Assembly (NCBI GenBank): GCA_026023565.1
Contig: JAPETS010000003.1
Coordinates: 930,001-994,000, forward strand
Source of the DNA: Cirrosporium novae-zelandiae
Taxonomy: Eukaryota
DNA: 64,000 bases
Direction of reading: 5' to 3'
Shown here in pieces: positions 62,625-64,000 of the stretch. Position numbers and translations under genes: made by a program. Under the pieces are notes generated by a model. That model saw only the letters and a list, made by a program, of their open reading frames with translations, was not told the DNA's origin and did not search any database. Numbering within the stretch: position 1 is the first letter of the stretch; every line of letters starts with the position of its first letter.

Positions 62625-64000
62625 AAGGAGTGGAATTGTGGAGTTGATCTGTAACGGGCGACGGTGAGCGTGCGCAATACGTTCCAGCTCCCTTCTACAA
62701 ATGGAGGGATTTTCTTTTACGATCTTGATAAGATAATTACATGTTCCATGTAAGATTAGTTTAATTTAGCGAGGTCATTCAATCCCTATCAGTTGTCAAT
62801 TTCCAATATTATTGAAAGATATATCATCATTCACAGTATATACCAAGAGGTCTCAAACGATTAATGACATGGCTTCAATAACATTCTTACAAGGACCTAG
62901 GTTTACAACATAATTAGTGGGATGGGCTGTGCTCCCTGAAAGACGACGTTACAAGGTGATCTCTAGCGTAGTCGCGTTCTTCGAGAAACTCTCCTGGAAG
63001 TTTGGGTCCCCTGAGGGTCGACGCATAAATTTCCCCCCTTGTGGGGCAAGATATGCCGTGGTGCCTTGCGATCGAGGCACAAATTAATTGAATTTTTGAT
63101 TTGTTGGCCGTATCAAAGTTCAGGCTGCGGCCATCTTTTGCTTGTAACGACCATGTTCTCCTCTTCTTCGATGTACTGAGTAATTATCTAGTTAATTCCG
63201 TGCTTTGATTCAGATTTATCAGTTGGCTCTCAAGAATCCAAAAATAGTGCGAAACAGTCAAAACGATCAAAACGATCAAAACGATTGCGAAAGTTTTCCT
63301 ATCTGACTCCTCATTCCTCAGACTCAGGGGAGGGGGGGGGGGGGTGACCAGGTTAAAACAGTACGAGTCAAGTACGAGTAAAGTCTGTGTGTACCACAGT
63401 AGAGGGCGTACATGTCGGGATCTCGGGATTAACCGCTAAACTGAGACCGGAGCAAAAAGTAGCAAAAAGTATCCCACCAAAGTGTCCACCCAGCGCCCAC
63501 CCAGTGCCACCCTACTCAGCCAACAATCCCATCTTAGTGAGATTTCATCCATCTTATGGATAAAGCCCCTTGCGCGCCCACTGCCCTGTCCCTCCCTTCT
63601 TAAGGACACATTTCCTCTTCATCTTCCTGTTCATCCAACTTCAACCTTCCTCATTTCCCCACCATCTATTTGACTCCAGGCATCCATCATCCTTATATAC
63701 TATTCACCTAAAAGAACATGTGGCCTTTTCCTTAGGTATGTGGCAAATAGCCTTCTACTTCTTCCCTTTTGTCCCCACAAACTATTCCTCCCAGTTTGAG
63801 TCGTATCACCAAAGTTATAGCCAGTACTTACTATCTTAACAGTTTCAAGGCGTGGTAAAGAGCCGTCTTTCATACTTCTGGGATCCTTTCAAGTACATAT
63901 GGCATCTACACCCTCAGTCCAAGGGACTGCAAGTCCCTCGCCGTTTCCTGACGACTCTTGCACTACCTCGCCCGCTCCCTTGACTCTATCTGAATCTCGA

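Overview
This is a eukaryotic, intron-rich window from a filamentous ascomycete (Pezizomycotina-like): short GT-AG introns with CTRAY branch sites and dense microsatellite/homopolymer intergenic DNA. Most of it is housekeeping genes: an Mpp6-like factor, NDUFS6, a UPF0047 protein, CAB5, CFIm25, Ste23/insulysin, a NAP/Vps75 chaperone, an S1/P1 nuclease, a HAD hydrolase, bystin, Bre2/Ash2 and mitochondrial GatA. Two accessory, immune-like islands interrupt these. (1) 0.4-3.7 kb: an alpha/beta-hydrolase-NACHT-ankyrin NLR-like gene, inactivated by TAG/TAA stops (consistent with RIP) and a frameshift. (2) 38.9-49.5 kb: a decayed PNP_UDP-NACHT-ankyrin NLR-like pseudogene next to an intact head-to-head pair. 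One member is a ~1159-aa protein (helical N-terminus, C2H2 fingers, then a chain of apparently captured, diverged domains including a BAG-like one). The other is a ~627-aa protein with a HeLo-like N-terminus and a degenerate kinase-like C-terminus. This pair is my best candidate for an undescribed sensor/executioner system, which is an inference. I also found a spliced RfeG-like gene missed by the ORF track, a probable Acm1-like APC/C inhibitor (ABBA-KEN-D-box) and an intronless Pol-beta-type nucleotidyltransferase. All exon structures were read by eye and no searches were run.
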